Position numbers and translations under genes: made by a program. Of a stretch of 64,000 bases of DNA, positions 1-10,327 are shown one piece after another. Each line of letters opens with the position of its first letter. Position 1 is the first letter of the stretch. Below the pieces are notes generated by a model that was not told where the DNA came from, ran no database searches, and saw only the letters and a list, made by a program, of their open reading frames with translations. Origin of the DNA: Vitreimonas sp. (GTDB taxonomy: Bacteria; Patescibacteriota; Microgenomatia; UBA1400; PJMF01). The stretch is from the NCBI GenBank assembly GCA_035627515.1, contig DASPLQ010000012.1:1098331-1162330 (forward strand), read 5' to 3'.

Positions 1-199
1 GGTAACAAACCAAAGCCCCCTACAAAAAGAGAGGGAACTCAATGGAAGTGGAGAGAAGAAAAAGCTAAACCTAAGAAAATAAACGAAAGGAAAAAATGAG
101 AATGTGGATTTTTAACATGCTTAGTTTATTTAGGGATAAATCTTGGGTGCATCCTCAATTAAGAGGTGTAGTTGATTGGATTCGTTATGAGGTACTTTT

Positions 200-343
200 A
201 TGAAGTTAATTCAATTTTTAATAACACTAATGTTGATAATAATTATTATTTCATTTAGTTTTTGGTTTACATTTAATATGCCTTGCTGGGTTTATACCTA
301 TTCCCAAGTACCAGGAAGATGTGTTAGTTATTTTGTTACATAG
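200..343 (+). CDS. small hydrophobic peptide ORF, 47 aa (MKLIQFLITLMLIIIIISFSFWF...), not in the ORF track
   Basis: ATG at 200 to TAG at 341-343; a single predicted TM helix; upstream of the terminase genes; may not be expressed. Confidence 0.2.
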   Translation: MKLIQFLITLMLIIIIISFSFWFTFNMPCWVYTYSQVPGRCVSYFVT

Positions 344-349
344 GAATTC

Positions 350-1027
350 ATGACAGAAGAAAAAGAAAAAAATACCAAAGGTGGAAGAAAAAACATAGAT
401 TGGCAATCTGCTTTTCGTTTTTATTGCTTACCTGATGAAAAGGGGCAGCTTAGAAGTTACTCTGATGTTGCAAAAAAATTTGAGGTTTCTGAGGTTTCTG
501 TAGAAACTCATGGGTCAAATGAGGGGTGGGTGAAACTTAGGGAAAACTTAGGGAGAAAAGAGACTGCTCAGTTCCTTGAGGATAGAGCGGAAGCCCAAAA
601 ACAGGCAAATTTGAGACAGTTTGCTGCTTATCAAGAGATGCAGAGAGTTCTAAAAAATGAACTACTTTCTTTTGGAATTATGCAAGAAACTAACTCACCA
701 CATCGTGATGTTGGAGATCTGAAAAAAATAGCTGAAGCATTCAAGTTAGCAATGGATGGGGAACGAGTTATTTTAGGTCTCCCAACTAGCGTTAGTAAGT
801 CGGAAGTTGACAATAAAATCAGAACTTTGGGAGAAGTATTAGATGATTTAGACAAAAAAGATCCTTATGAAGATTACTCAAGCCAGGTTGGCGAGCAAAC
901 TGTGGAGAATGAACCACCTGTACAAGATCAAGAACAAGCAGGGCAACCTAGTGACCTACAAAATGAACCCGGTTCAGAAGAAGCACGTCTTGGAGAGATC
1001 GAAACACAGGTACAACCTAATCCTTAA
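350..1027 (+). CDS. putative terminase small subunit or DNA-binding packaging protein
   Basis: 225-aa basic N-terminus and acidic C-terminus, immediately upstream of and overlapping the large terminase; position-based call. Confidence 0.4.
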   Translation: MTEEKEKNTKGGRKNIDWQSAFRFYCLPDEKGQLRSYSDVAKKFEVSEVSVETHGSNEGWVKLRENLGRKETAQFLEDRAEAQKQANLRQFAAYQEMQRVLKNELLSFGIMQETNSPHRDVGDLKKIAEAFKLAMDGERVILGLPTSVSKSEVDNKIRTLGEVLDDLDKKDPYEDYSSQVGEQTVENEPPVQDQEQAGQPSDLQNEPGSEEARLGEIETQVQPNP

Positions 1028-2426
1028 AGCTCGTCAGCATGGAATGACCACACACTATTGTATTGAGCTCCTCGATGATGCGCTCTGGGTGCCTGGTACC
1101 TCATGTGCCATTATTGCTCATGAACGAGAGGCTCTTGATCGTATTTTTGAGATTGTTAAGAGAGCATATGTTAATCTTCCCAAGGAAATCAAACCTGAGA
1201 CTAAAACAGATACTAAACGGGCATATTATTTTGCAGAGCGATTTGATGGTAAGGTACTCGACAGTAGCATCTATGTTGCTTTAAAGCTTCGCTCGGGTAC
1301 TGTGCAGCATCTACACATTACTGAAAGTTCCAAAATCAAGGATCGCCAAGAGCTAGTTTCCGGTAGTAAGCAAGCTGTTCCTCTAACTGGTCGAATCAGT
1401 GAGGAAACAACGGGTAATGGGTACGAAGGTTTCTACGATGCATACATGCAGGCTCACTCAAACCTAAATCCGGGTGATCTAGACTATAAAACCTACTTCT
1501 ATCCGTGGTTTGACAACCCAGAATACTCAATTGAGGGAGAGCTTGATGAATTAAGTGCCCACGAAAAGGAATTGGTGGGAAGATATAAACTTACTCCTGG
1601 TCAGATCCTTTGGAGACGATGGAAAGTACGAGAGCTTGCTCAGGGCAATACCGTCTTTGGATTAACAGGTGAGCAGCTTTTTAAACAAGAATACCCTAGC
1701 ACTATTCAGGAAGCATTTCAGTCTGCTGCAGGCAATGTATTCACAGCTGAAAAACTTGATTCACTTAATCAAAGCGCTCCAATTCGAAGCACTGAATTTG
1801 GTCTCAAAATTTGGAAAGAACCCATTGCTGATCACAACGAGGTTAATCCTGACACGGGGCGAGAGGAATTTGTTAAAGCTCACAACTACATTGTGGGGGT
1901 AGATCCGAGTGATGGTAGTGGAGCCGACTTTGGATGTATTGACGTTTGGGATGAAGAGACTTTTGAACAGGTCGCACAATTCTACGGAAAAGTGCGTCCG
2001 GACGAACTATCAGAAACCATCAAAAAGGTTTGTGAACTATATAACAATGCATACGTTGGAGTGGAAAATAATATGCTCTCGACTATTCTCTTTTTGTCAA
2101 AGATCTATGATAATTATTATTCAGAAGTGGTCATTGATGAGAAAACAAATAGGCGAACTAAAAAGCTTGGATGGAATACAAATAGTAAGACGCGCGATGT
2201 GATGGTTGATGACTTTATTGTGTATTTTGAAGAGGGTCATTTAAAAATTAATTCGGCTATCACTATATCGGAAATGAAAACTTTTGTGAGAAAGGACAAT
2301 GGGAAAAGGGAACATGCTGACGGCAAACACGATGATACTTTAATTGCAGCGATGATAGCTCTGCAAATGAAGAAATATCGAAAGCCAAGAGCACGAGCCT
2401 TCGAAAATAAAGCAGAGGGATTTTAG
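867..2426 (+). CDS. terL: terminase large subunit (ATPase + nuclease)
   Basis: N-terminal Walker-A-like LKARQHGMTT, ~520 aa, acidic nuclease-type C-terminal half (GVDPSDGSGADFGCIDVWD); start uncertain (ATG 867 or ATG 963), out-of-frame overlap with the preceding ORF. Confidence 0.85.
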   Translation: MKITQARLASKLWRMNHLYKIKNKQGNLVTYKMNPVQKKHVLERSKHRYNLILKARQHGMTTHYCIELLDDALWVPGTSCAIIAHEREALDRIFEIVKRAYVNLPKEIKPETKTDTKRAYYFAERFDGKVLDSSIYVALKLRSGTVQHLHITESSKIKDRQELVSGSKQAVPLTGRISEETTGNGYEGFYDAYMQAHSNLNPGDLDYKTYFYPWFDNPEYSIEGELDELSAHEKELVGRYKLTPGQILWRRWKVRELAQGNTVFGLTGEQLFKQEYPSTIQEAFQSAAGNVFTAEKLDSLNQSAPIRSTEFGLKIWKEPIADHNEVNPDTGREEFVKAHNYIVGVDPSDGSGADFGCIDVWDEETFEQVAQFYGKVRPDELSETIKKVCELYNNAYVGVENNMLSTILFLSKIYDNYYSEVVIDEKTNRRTKKLGWNTNSKTRDVMVDDFIVYFEEGHLKINSAITISEMKTFVRKDNGKREHADGKHDDTLIAAMIALQMKKYRKPRARAFENKAEGF

Positions 2427-2432
2427 GAAATT

Positions 2433-3929
2433 ATGGCAACACCAGCTCAGACAAACCAGCAGAAAACTCAACCCGTTATCCAGGGGCTTACTTTTCCATA
2501 TGAGGCAAGTAAAGGACGCATCGATCAGTACGCCTTCTATCAAAAAATATTTGAGGGACAACATTTCGAGGCTTTTAGTATCAAAATTGATAGTGAAAAG
2601 TTTACTAAGGAGTATGGAAAGCTTAAATATATTGTAGCCAACTTTGGTGGATTAATCTCAAAGGTTGTTGCAGATATGCTTTTTTCTGAGCCTCCAAAAA
2701 TTACAGTACCAGATGGAGATCAGGAGTGGGTAGATGGGTTAATTGAAGAAAATAAACTGCACATTCAGAACTATGAGTCCGCTCTCTCAAATTCAGCCAT
2801 TGGTGATGCGCTTTATAAAATGCGTACTGGAGACCGAGAAGAATCTTCAGATGAGCAAAGAATTTTTATAGAAGATATTACCCCAAGTATTTATTTTCCA
2901 CTTATTCAAGAAAATAATGTCCGTGGTAAACCAACTGTTGAAGAATTAGCTTGGGTTATTAAGATTGGTGATAAAAAGTACCTAAGAAAAGAAATTCACG
3001 AGCCGGGAAAAATCACAAACAAACTTTATTTATTAGAGAATGAAAAGATAATGGCTGAGGTAGATCTCTCCTTACTTGGCAACAGCGCTCCTCCAAAAGA
3101 AGTGGATACCGGAGTTAATTTCAACCTGATCTATCACACTCCAAATTGGAAAACTGGAAGACATTATTTTGGAGTAAGTGACTACGCTGACATCTTAACT
3201 CTGATTTATGCCTTAAATAATCGGCTAACAAAAGTTGATAATATTTTAGATAAGCATTCTGATCCAATTTTAGCTTTACCTGAGGGTGTATTGGATGAGA
3301 AGGGTAAAGTGAAACGGTCATCACTCCATATGTTTGAGGTTCCTGCGGGCAGTGGTGAAAAACCTGAATATGTTGTATGGAATGCTAGTTTAGAGGCAGC
3401 TTTTTCAGAGATCGATAAATTGGTCGAGTTTATGTTTATGTTCTCTGAAATCTCACCAGACTCAATGGGAATGGGTAAAGGGCAATCAGATTCTGGTCGG
3501 GCACTAAAGCTTAAGTTAATGCGTACCATTGCCAAAACAGCTCGCAAACGACTTTACTACGACCAGACGTTGAAGGATTTGATCTTCGACGCTCAAGTAT
3601 TGGGTAAAGAGCACGGGATCAAAATCAACGGGAAAACCCTATCCAAAGAGCCCGTTCGACCTGAAATTGAGTGGTTTGACGGCTTGCCAATTGACCAATT
3701 CGAACAAGTTCAACTAGAAGAAATGAAGATTAGCGCGGGTTTAAGTAGTGAAGAAGATTCGATTATGAGAATTGAAGGGGTTGATGAGGACTCAGCTAAA
3801 AACAAAGCTAAGGAGATACGAGAAGGCAAGCAAATCAAAATGGTGGAGATGGGTTTCTCTAATATAAAGAAACCAGCTGCCAAAGATGATACTCTTTCAG
3901 ACAAAAAAGAGGCTAAGCCAGCTCAATAG
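2433..3929 (+). CDS. portal protein
   Basis: 498 aa directly downstream of terL, acidic C-terminus; canonical gene order. Confidence 0.75.
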   Translation: MATPAQTNQQKTQPVIQGLTFPYEASKGRIDQYAFYQKIFEGQHFEAFSIKIDSEKFTKEYGKLKYIVANFGGLISKVVADMLFSEPPKITVPDGDQEWVDGLIEENKLHIQNYESALSNSAIGDALYKMRTGDREESSDEQRIFIEDITPSIYFPLIQENNVRGKPTVEELAWVIKIGDKKYLRKEIHEPGKITNKLYLLENEKIMAEVDLSLLGNSAPPKEVDTGVNFNLIYHTPNWKTGRHYFGVSDYADILTLIYALNNRLTKVDNILDKHSDPILALPEGVLDEKGKVKRSSLHMFEVPAGSGEKPEYVVWNASLEAAFSEIDKLVEFMFMFSEISPDSMGMGKGQSDSGRALKLKLMRTIAKTARKRLYYDQTLKDLIFDAQVLGKEHGIKINGKTLSKEPVRPEIEWFDGLPIDQFEQVQLEEMKISAGLSSEEDSIMRIEGVDEDSAKNKAKEIREGKQIKMVEMGFSNIKKPAAKDDTLSDKKEAKPAQ

Positions 3930-3932
3930 GCT

Positions 3933-4793
3933 ATGGCTAGACCAACTGAAGTACCAGTTAATGAGAGAGAAATAGCACGCATTACGTCCGTCTATAAAAA
4001 TGCGTATGCTGGTGTTTTGGACTCAATTCTTAAGTCGCCATTACTCAATAATTTTCATAGAACCCAAGTACTAGCTCAAATCAAAGAAATTCTCAAAGAA
4101 CTAGGCCATGAGACTCAAGACTTTACTGATGGATTTATCAAGGCTCGCTATGAAAGTGGGTTTCAAGATGCGACGACTGAACTTAGCAATATGGGTTTAC
4201 TCAATAAAACGGGATTTAGTCTTATTCATAAGGAAGCGGTGTCTGCTCTAGTAAGTGAAACGCAAATGGCTTTTGGTGAAAGTATATCCGGAGTTTACCG
4301 ATCAGCAACTAACTTACTTAGTCAGGCAGTGAAAGAGCAAATTAAAGCTCGTCTCGCTGAAGGAACAATCACAGGTGAAACCAGGAAAAAAATCTCGGAC
4401 ACAATTAAGGCAACTCTATTAGATGAAGGCATGAGTGCTCTAGTAGATAAGGGTGGAAAGCAGTGGACTCTAGATCGATATGCCGAAATGTTAGTTAGGA
4501 CAAAAGCTGTTGAAGCTAGAAACACAGCGCTTGCAAATAGAATGCTTGAAAACGGCTATGATTTAGTTGAAGTTAGCGATCATCATTCAAAACACAAATC
4601 TTGCGCTGATTGGGAAGGCAAAATTTTATCCCTAACGGGAAGTACTCCAGGATACCCCACATTAGATCAAGCTAAGAAAGCCGGTCTATTTCATCCCAAC
4701 TGTAAACATGCGATTAATGTTATTCACTTCGATCTTGCTGCACAAACCAGTGCATATAGCTCACGTTCGCTTACCTATTCTAACCCTCAGTAA
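3933..4793 (+). CDS. head morphogenesis protein (SPP1 gp7 / Mu F-like minor head protein)
   Basis: 286 aa immediately after the portal; typical position and size for the F-like head morphogenesis domain. Confidence 0.55.
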   Translation: MARPTEVPVNEREIARITSVYKNAYAGVLDSILKSPLLNNFHRTQVLAQIKEILKELGHETQDFTDGFIKARYESGFQDATTELSNMGLLNKTGFSLIHKEAVSALVSETQMAFGESISGVYRSATNLLSQAVKEQIKARLAEGTITGETRKKISDTIKATLLDEGMSALVDKGGKQWTLDRYAEMLVRTKAVEARNTALANRMLENGYDLVEVSDHHSKHKSCADWEGKILSLTGSTPGYPTLDQAKKAGLFHPNCKHAINVIHFDLAAQTSAYSSRSLTYSNPQ

Positions 4794-4938
4794 CATCACT
4801 TTAATTAACTAAAGTGTATCAAAAATGATGTACTTCTTTGTATTCTAAATTGCTTTCACAATTGTCAAAATGATGATGCACTAAATTAGATGTTTGTTGT
4901 TCTTTGTTATGAAATGACATAGGCAATTACCAAATAAT

Positions 4939-5676
4939 TTGATGCAAATTATTCCTGTAGTGGGCAGACCACGTAAAAAACTGAATAAGGAATTTATGAC
5001 TGAGGCTAATGCACCTGCCCAAAGTACACCACCAACTGGGGATCAAAACCCACAAGGAGGAGCAAGCACACCTAACACCGATAGTTCGAGCGATTCAAAC
5101 AGTAATGCGCTTACTGATGATCAAATTGAACTTGCGTTAAAAGATGAGCGCGTATGGAAACATCCTCGATTCAAGGAAACCCGTGAGCAAGCAAAACTTG
5201 CTAAACAGCTCCAAGAGGAGAAGCGATTGGCAGAAGAGCAGCAGCTAAAGGATCAGAACAAGTGGAAAGAGATTGCTGATAAAAAAGAAGGCGAAATTCA
5301 ACAAATCAAGACGAAGGCAGCGGAAACTGCAATAACTGCAGCCATTCAAGCAAAAGCCGTCGCCAAGGGTATTGTTGACCCAGACGCAGCAGCTAAATTA
5401 ATTGATCGTTCAAAGATCAGTTTAAGTGATGAAGATTGGTCTATTAGTGGAGTCGAAGAAGCAATTGATTCTTTAATCAAGGATAAACCTTACTTGGTTG
5501 CTAAAAACGCTCCTAAACCGCCAATTGGCTCACCAACAGCTCCCGCAGATGGTAATCAACCACCCATGAAATTCAAACTCTCACAGCTCAATGACCATAA
5601 GTTCTACAAAGAGCATGAAGCTCAAATAGTACAAGCGATGAAGCTTGGGCTCGTTGAGAATGACATGCAACAGTAG
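4939..5676 (+). CDS. scaffolding protein (putative)
   Basis: 245 aa, highly charged and coiled-coil-like (EEKRLAEEQQLKDQNKWKEIADKKEGEIQQIK), directly before the major capsid gene. Confidence 0.5.
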   Translation: MMQIIPVVGRPRKKLNKEFMTEANAPAQSTPPTGDQNPQGGASTPNTDSSSDSNSNALTDDQIELALKDERVWKHPRFKETREQAKLAKQLQEEKRLAEEQQLKDQNKWKEIADKKEGEIQQIKTKAAETAITAAIQAKAVAKGIVDPDAAAKLIDRSKISLSDEDWSISGVEEAIDSLIKDKPYLVAKNAPKPPIGSPTAPADGNQPPMKFKLSQLNDHKFYKEHEAQIVQAMKLGLVENDMQQ

Positions 5677-5694
5677 TACTAATAAGGAGGCAAA

Positions 5695-6612
5695 ATGCCT
5701 GAGAATGTATTAAATAACACAACTAACGCAGTTTTTATCCCAACTCTGATTGCTAACAAAGCTCTTGGACGTTTTTCTTCGTACTTAAACCTCGGTAAAA
5801 CCGTTGCTCGTAGTTCTGATTATGTGACTGCTCAAGTCGGTCAAGTAATTCAAGTTCCAAAGCGTGGTACTTTGAGTGCTAATGATAAAACCGCTGGTAA
5901 TGAATATACAAAGCAAAACCCAACTGCTACCAATGTAAGCGTTACCTTGAACAAGCATAAGGAAGTTACCATCGCCATCGATGACGTGACTAAAGTGTTA
6001 GAAAATCAAAATACTTTAGATGGTTACGCCGAAGACGCTGCTATTGCTTTAGCTGAGGCTGTTGAGGATGAATTGGCTTCATTGCACTCTTCATTAACCA
6101 ACACCGTCTCTTTTGATGCAACTTCCAGTGCTACTAAAAAGGCTTCTCTGTTAGCTCTCCGCAAACGTTTTGTAGACAACAAAGTACCTAAAGTAGAAAA
6201 CAAGTATCTCTATGTTGACCCTAGTGTCATGAATGAGTTACTTGAGGAAGCAGACTTCACTCAGCAACAAACCATCGGTCAAGCTCAAAACACCATCGAA
6301 GGTCGTGTTATGCGCTTATATGGTTTTGACATCTTTGAGTCTCAAAGTGTGAAACGATCTGGTTCTCCAGGTTCATTACACAACTTAGCTTACACTCGAG
6401 ATGCTTTCGTGTTGGCTTCCCGCCCATTACCTCAAGTTGGTCCTGGATTGGGTACAGTGTCAACTGTAGTGAATTCTGAAGATGTAGGTTTGAGTCTCCG
6501 TGTGAACATGCGCTATGACGGTTCAATTGGCGCTCACATCGTTACTTTAGACTTGCTCTTCGGTGTCGCTGTCTTAGACACTCGCCGAGTTGTTGAATTA
6601 GAGAGTTTCTAA
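5695..6612 (+). CDS. major capsid protein
   Basis: 305 aa, strong RBS (AGGAGG), follows the scaffold; followed by a GC-rich stem-loop at ~6640-6675. Confidence 0.7.
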   Translation: MPENVLNNTTNAVFIPTLIANKALGRFSSYLNLGKTVARSSDYVTAQVGQVIQVPKRGTLSANDKTAGNEYTKQNPTATNVSVTLNKHKEVTIAIDDVTKVLENQNTLDGYAEDAAIALAEAVEDELASLHSSLTNTVSFDATSSATKKASLLALRKRFVDNKVPKVENKYLYVDPSVMNELLEEADFTQQQTIGQAQNTIEGRVMRLYGFDIFESQSVKRSGSPGSLHNLAYTRDAFVLASRPLPQVGPGLGTVSTVVNSEDVGLSLRVNMRYDGSIGAHIVTLDLLFGVAVLDTRRVVELESF

Positions 6613-6689
6613 ACTCTTTAGTTAATTAAGCAAAAAAACCAGGGGGAGGGGTCCTTAAGTGGGCCCTTCCCCAGATAAATTAGGTAATT

Positions 6690-7910
6690 ATGATTTTAAA
6701 AAATCAAGGTGGTAGATTGGTCGAGATTGATAGCGAGAAAGAAGTTCAACAGCTACTCGCCACCCACCAATTCACCATCCCTACTCCTCAAGAACAAGAA
6801 GAATACCGAAAAGAAAAAGAATATCGCTATAAACTAATCACAGGCGTTATCCCTCACCCCGAAGAACAAACACCCGGCAACACAGACTACGAAGTTTACT
6901 TTAGTAGTGTCAATGAAAGTGCTGATGGCTATGGAATGAGTCGTCAACACATCAAGTCGGAGTTGCAAAAGTTGGGTGTGAAGATTTCCGAAGAGTTTAA
7001 ACACCAGAAAATAGGCTTTTTATACCACAGCCCCTATGCTGTTAAGCGTTTGGAGAACCCAATTAAAGTACTTTTCACAATGTTTGAGAGTGACAAGATT
7101 CCTGAAGACTGGGATGAATATTTGCGCCATGTTGACAAAATAATTGTTCCTTCTGAGTGGTGTGCTAATGTTTTCAGAAAAAGAGGATTTTATCCTGAGG
7201 TGGTTCCGTTAGGCTACAACACCAAAGCTTTCAACTACGTAGAGAGAAACGACAAAGAGAAAACGCATGAGCCATTTGTATTTCTCCATTACAACGCATT
7301 CAATCTGAGAAAAGGTTTTACTGAAGTGGCTAAAGCATTTATTAAAGAATTCCAACCTGACGAAAATGTAAAAATGATCTTCAAAACCACGTTGGAGCAT
7401 GCCCCGCTTCCGTTCCCACCCAGCAAATACCCGAATATAGAAGTGCAGTTAGGTAAGGTCAGCGATAAAGAGTTGGCAAAACTATGTGAGAAAGCGGACT
7501 GTTTTGTATTCCCGAGTAGAGGTGAGGGTTTCGGAATAACTCCTCTTGAAGCTATGGCTACTGGATGCAGTGCAATTGTGCCAAATGCCCATGGCATAAC
7601 TGAGTACTTTAATCCTGAGTATATGTACGAGGCCAAAGTTCGTGAAATGTGCCCGGCTGTCTATAGTCGCTACAAAGGCAGAGATGTTGGAAAAATGGTG
7701 ATTTGCGATGAAGATGACCTTGCAGCAAAAATGCGTTATGTAGTTAGCCACCTTGAGGAGTGTCGAGCAAAGGGGAAAGCAGCGTCAGAGTACGTCAAGA
7801 AATATAGTTATGAGGAAACGGCTACTAAGCTCAAGTTGATTTTTGACAACTTAGTCAAAAACAAGATCAAAGACTCGAATAGTAATCAAATTAAATTGGA
7901 GGAAATATGA
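6690..7910 (+). CDS. glycosyltransferase, GT4-type (GT-B fold)
   Basis: C-terminal signature FVFPSRGEGFGITPLEAMATGCSAIVP (E-x7-E motif of Glycos_transf_1). Confidence 0.7.
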   Translation: MILKNQGGRLVEIDSEKEVQQLLATHQFTIPTPQEQEEYRKEKEYRYKLITGVIPHPEEQTPGNTDYEVYFSSVNESADGYGMSRQHIKSELQKLGVKISEEFKHQKIGFLYHSPYAVKRLENPIKVLFTMFESDKIPEDWDEYLRHVDKIIVPSEWCANVFRKRGFYPEVVPLGYNTKAFNYVERNDKEKTHEPFVFLHYNAFNLRKGFTEVAKAFIKEFQPDENVKMIFKTTLEHAPLPFPPSKYPNIEVQLGKVSDKELAKLCEKADCFVFPSRGEGFGITPLEAMATGCSAIVPNAHGITEYFNPEYMYEAKVREMCPAVYSRYKGRDVGKMVICDEDDLAAKMRYVVSHLEECRAKGKAASEYVKKYSYEETATKLKLIFDNLVKNKIKDSNSNQIKLEEI

Positions 7911-8179
7911 AACCAATCGAGAAAACCACTGCTGTAGTTGTTGAAAATGCTAAAGAGAACAGTGTCCAAGAAAAGTTAGTTAAACAACGACCAAGATTCG
8001 CCTACATACACGTAGGCTGTTCGGGACATGCTTTTTATTTGCATGCCAAGCCAAGATCTGGAGAGCCCATCCAGGGCTTTGACTACGAAGGCAATCCATT
8101 AAAAGGTGAAGTTAAGTGTAAGAGTTGTGGTGCAAAAATGAGTCATTTTAAGACTGAAAATATTATTGAATTAAAATAA
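7907..8179 (+). CDS. small Cys/His-containing protein (possible zinc-binding), unknown function
   Basis: 90 aa, CSGH...CKSCGAKM pattern; translationally coupled between two GT genes. Confidence 0.3.
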   Translation: MKPIEKTTAVVVENAKENSVQEKLVKQRPRFAYIHVGCSGHAFYLHAKPRSGEPIQGFDYEGNPLKGEVKCKSCGAKMSHFKTENIIELK

Positions 8180-9318
8180 TGAGTCATACTAAAGCTCAAA
8201 AAACTGGCAAAATTGGTGTTAAATACACTGGTGCTTTTCTAGATTTCTCAGGATACGGAGAAGCTACTAGACATGACATTGGTGCGTTGCATGAAGCTGG
8301 AATAGCTATTCAAACGGAGTACGTCCATTTTACTCATGAGGTTGCTGATTATGGTCGATTGGGCTCGCTTTGCAAACGCCTGCAAAATATTTCTGAGAAT
8401 TACAGAATCAAAATTCTTCATCTCACTCCAAACATTTTTCCTCGTTTTAAAGAAGAGGGTTGTTACATGATTGGTAGGGTCTTCTGGGAAACCGACAAAT
8501 TGCCACCCGACTTTGCTCAAGGTTGTGAGGTTCTTGATGAAATATGGACTGGAAGCGAAACAAATAAAAAAGCGATTGTAAATGCAGGGGTAAATAAGCC
8601 AATCTTTATTATTCCTGAGGCTATTGAAACTACTGTTTTTCCTCCTGAACCATATCAGGAAAGTGTAATTAATGGAAAATTTGCTTTTTATTCTATTTTT
8701 GAGTGGACGACTAGAAAAAACCCCGATGCCCTTTTAAGAGCATATTTTCAAGAGTTTAATGAGCAGGACAATGTATGTCTCATGCTCAAAACCTATGTAG
8801 ATGACTTCACTTCTAACAAAAAGGATGAAATTAAAAGTGAAATAAAAGCTATTATTGCCAGCCTCAACCTCAGTTATCGACCGCCTATTTATTTATATAC
8901 AGACCTTATGGATCGGCATCAAGTGCATCGATTTCATGCTTCTGGTGACTGCTTTATCAGCACAACCAGAGGTGAAGGGTGGGGTGTTCCTCAAATGGAA
9001 GCTATGTTATTTGGAAAACCGGTTATCACTACGCAGTCAGGAGGAATTGCAGACTACTTAACACACGAGGAATCAGCACACATACTTCCTACCTTTCCCG
9101 AAAGAATCACTCACTCCTCGAGAAACTCACAGTGGTACCGCTCAGATCAGAATTGGAGTGGAGTTTTGATTAAAGATGTACGGGAAGCCATGAGAAAAAT
9201 TTACAGTGATGCTGAATACAGAAATAAAATCGCTGAAGGGGGTAATAAGCTTGTCAAAGAAAGATTTAGTCTCAGCGCTGTTGGTGAATTAATGAAATCT
9301 AGACTTGAGGAAATTTAA
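8179..9318 (+). CDS. glycosyltransferase, GT4-type (GT-B fold)
   Basis: FISTTRGEGWGVPQMEAMLFGKPVITT (E-x7-E motif). Confidence 0.7.
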   Translation: MSHTKAQKTGKIGVKYTGAFLDFSGYGEATRHDIGALHEAGIAIQTEYVHFTHEVADYGRLGSLCKRLQNISENYRIKILHLTPNIFPRFKEEGCYMIGRVFWETDKLPPDFAQGCEVLDEIWTGSETNKKAIVNAGVNKPIFIIPEAIETTVFPPEPYQESVINGKFAFYSIFEWTTRKNPDALLRAYFQEFNEQDNVCLMLKTYVDDFTSNKKDEIKSEIKAIIASLNLSYRPPIYLYTDLMDRHQVHRFHASGDCFISTTRGEGWGVPQMEAMLFGKPVITTQSGGIADYLTHEESAHILPTFPERITHSSRNSQWYRSDQNWSGVLIKDVREAMRKIYSDAEYRNKIAEGGNKLVKERFSLSAVGELMKSRLEEI

Positions 9319-9320
9319 AT

Positions 9321-10325
9321 ATGAAGATTTTATACATTTCATGCCATCAAGTGCTCGAATACGACGAAGTTAAGCTTTTTCATGAGCTGGGTTTTGACGT
9401 TTTTTCAACGGGAACCTATGCTTACCCCCACTTCCGACCGGGGATGATTCGCCCTGGTTTACCAGAACTTACTCACTATCCTGAGTTAGAACGATTGGCG
9501 AGTACGATTGTGAGTAGTGGCTATGCAATTCCCTCAGAGCTTATTGAATGGGCTGACACCATCATTTTCATGCATCTACCCGAAGCAATGGAAAAAAATT
9601 GGGAAAAACTGAGACATAAAAGAGTTATTTTTAGATCAATTGGTCAATGTGTTGCACATCAAGAGAGAATTCTGGCTAGGTTGGTAAAAGAAGGTCTTCA
9701 GATAGTACGTTACTCACCTATGGAACAGGAGTTACCGGATTTTGCTGGCTTGAACGCAACTATTCGCTTTTATAAAGATCCGAGCGAGTTTCGAGGTTAT
9801 ACAGGAGAAAATCCTCTAGTAATTAACTTTTCCCAATCAATTTTACAAAGGCAATCGGAGTGCCATTATCAAGAAATTAATCAGATCATGAGTGGTTTCG
9901 ATGCAAAAATATTTGGAACAGGAAACGAGAACTTGGGATCAATGAATGGGGGGCAGGTTTCGTATGAGGAAATGAAACGCCTAATGAGAGAAAGTAGGGC
10001 CTTTATATATGGCGGAACCTGGCCTGCACCCTACACTTTGTCATTAATTGAAGCAATGATGTCAGGAATTCCCGTCGTTGCTCTAGGGAAAAAACACGCA
10101 GAGCTTGATCGAGGACTAAGTTTTTATGAAGTTCATGACATTATACAAAACGGCGTGCACGGGTTTGTTTCCAACGACGTCAGTTACTTAAAGAGCCAGG
10201 TCGAATACTTAATCAACCACAAAGAGACAGCAATTAAGATTGGCGAGCAGGGGCGACAACGCGCAATTGAATTATTTGGCAAAGAAACTATTAAAAACCA
10301 ATGGGAGAGCTTTTTGAAAGGCTAA
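9321..10325 (+). CDS. glycosyltransferase-like protein (GT-B C-terminal domain, degenerate)
   Basis: FIYGGTWPAPYTLSLIEAMMSGIPVVALG resembles the GT4 nucleotide-sugar binding region but lacks the first Glu. Confidence 0.45.
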   Translation: MKILYISCHQVLEYDEVKLFHELGFDVFSTGTYAYPHFRPGMIRPGLPELTHYPELERLASTIVSSGYAIPSELIEWADTIIFMHLPEAMEKNWEKLRHKRVIFRSIGQCVAHQERILARLVKEGLQIVRYSPMEQELPDFAGLNATIRFYKDPSEFRGYTGENPLVINFSQSILQRQSECHYQEINQIMSGFDAKIFGTGNENLGSMNGGQVSYEEMKRLMRESRAFIYGGTWPAPYTLSLIEAMMSGIPVVALGKKHAELDRGLSFYEVHDIIQNGVHGFVSNDVSYLKSQVEYLINHKETAIKIGEQGRQRAIELFGKETIKNQWESFLKG

Positions 10326-10327
10326 TC

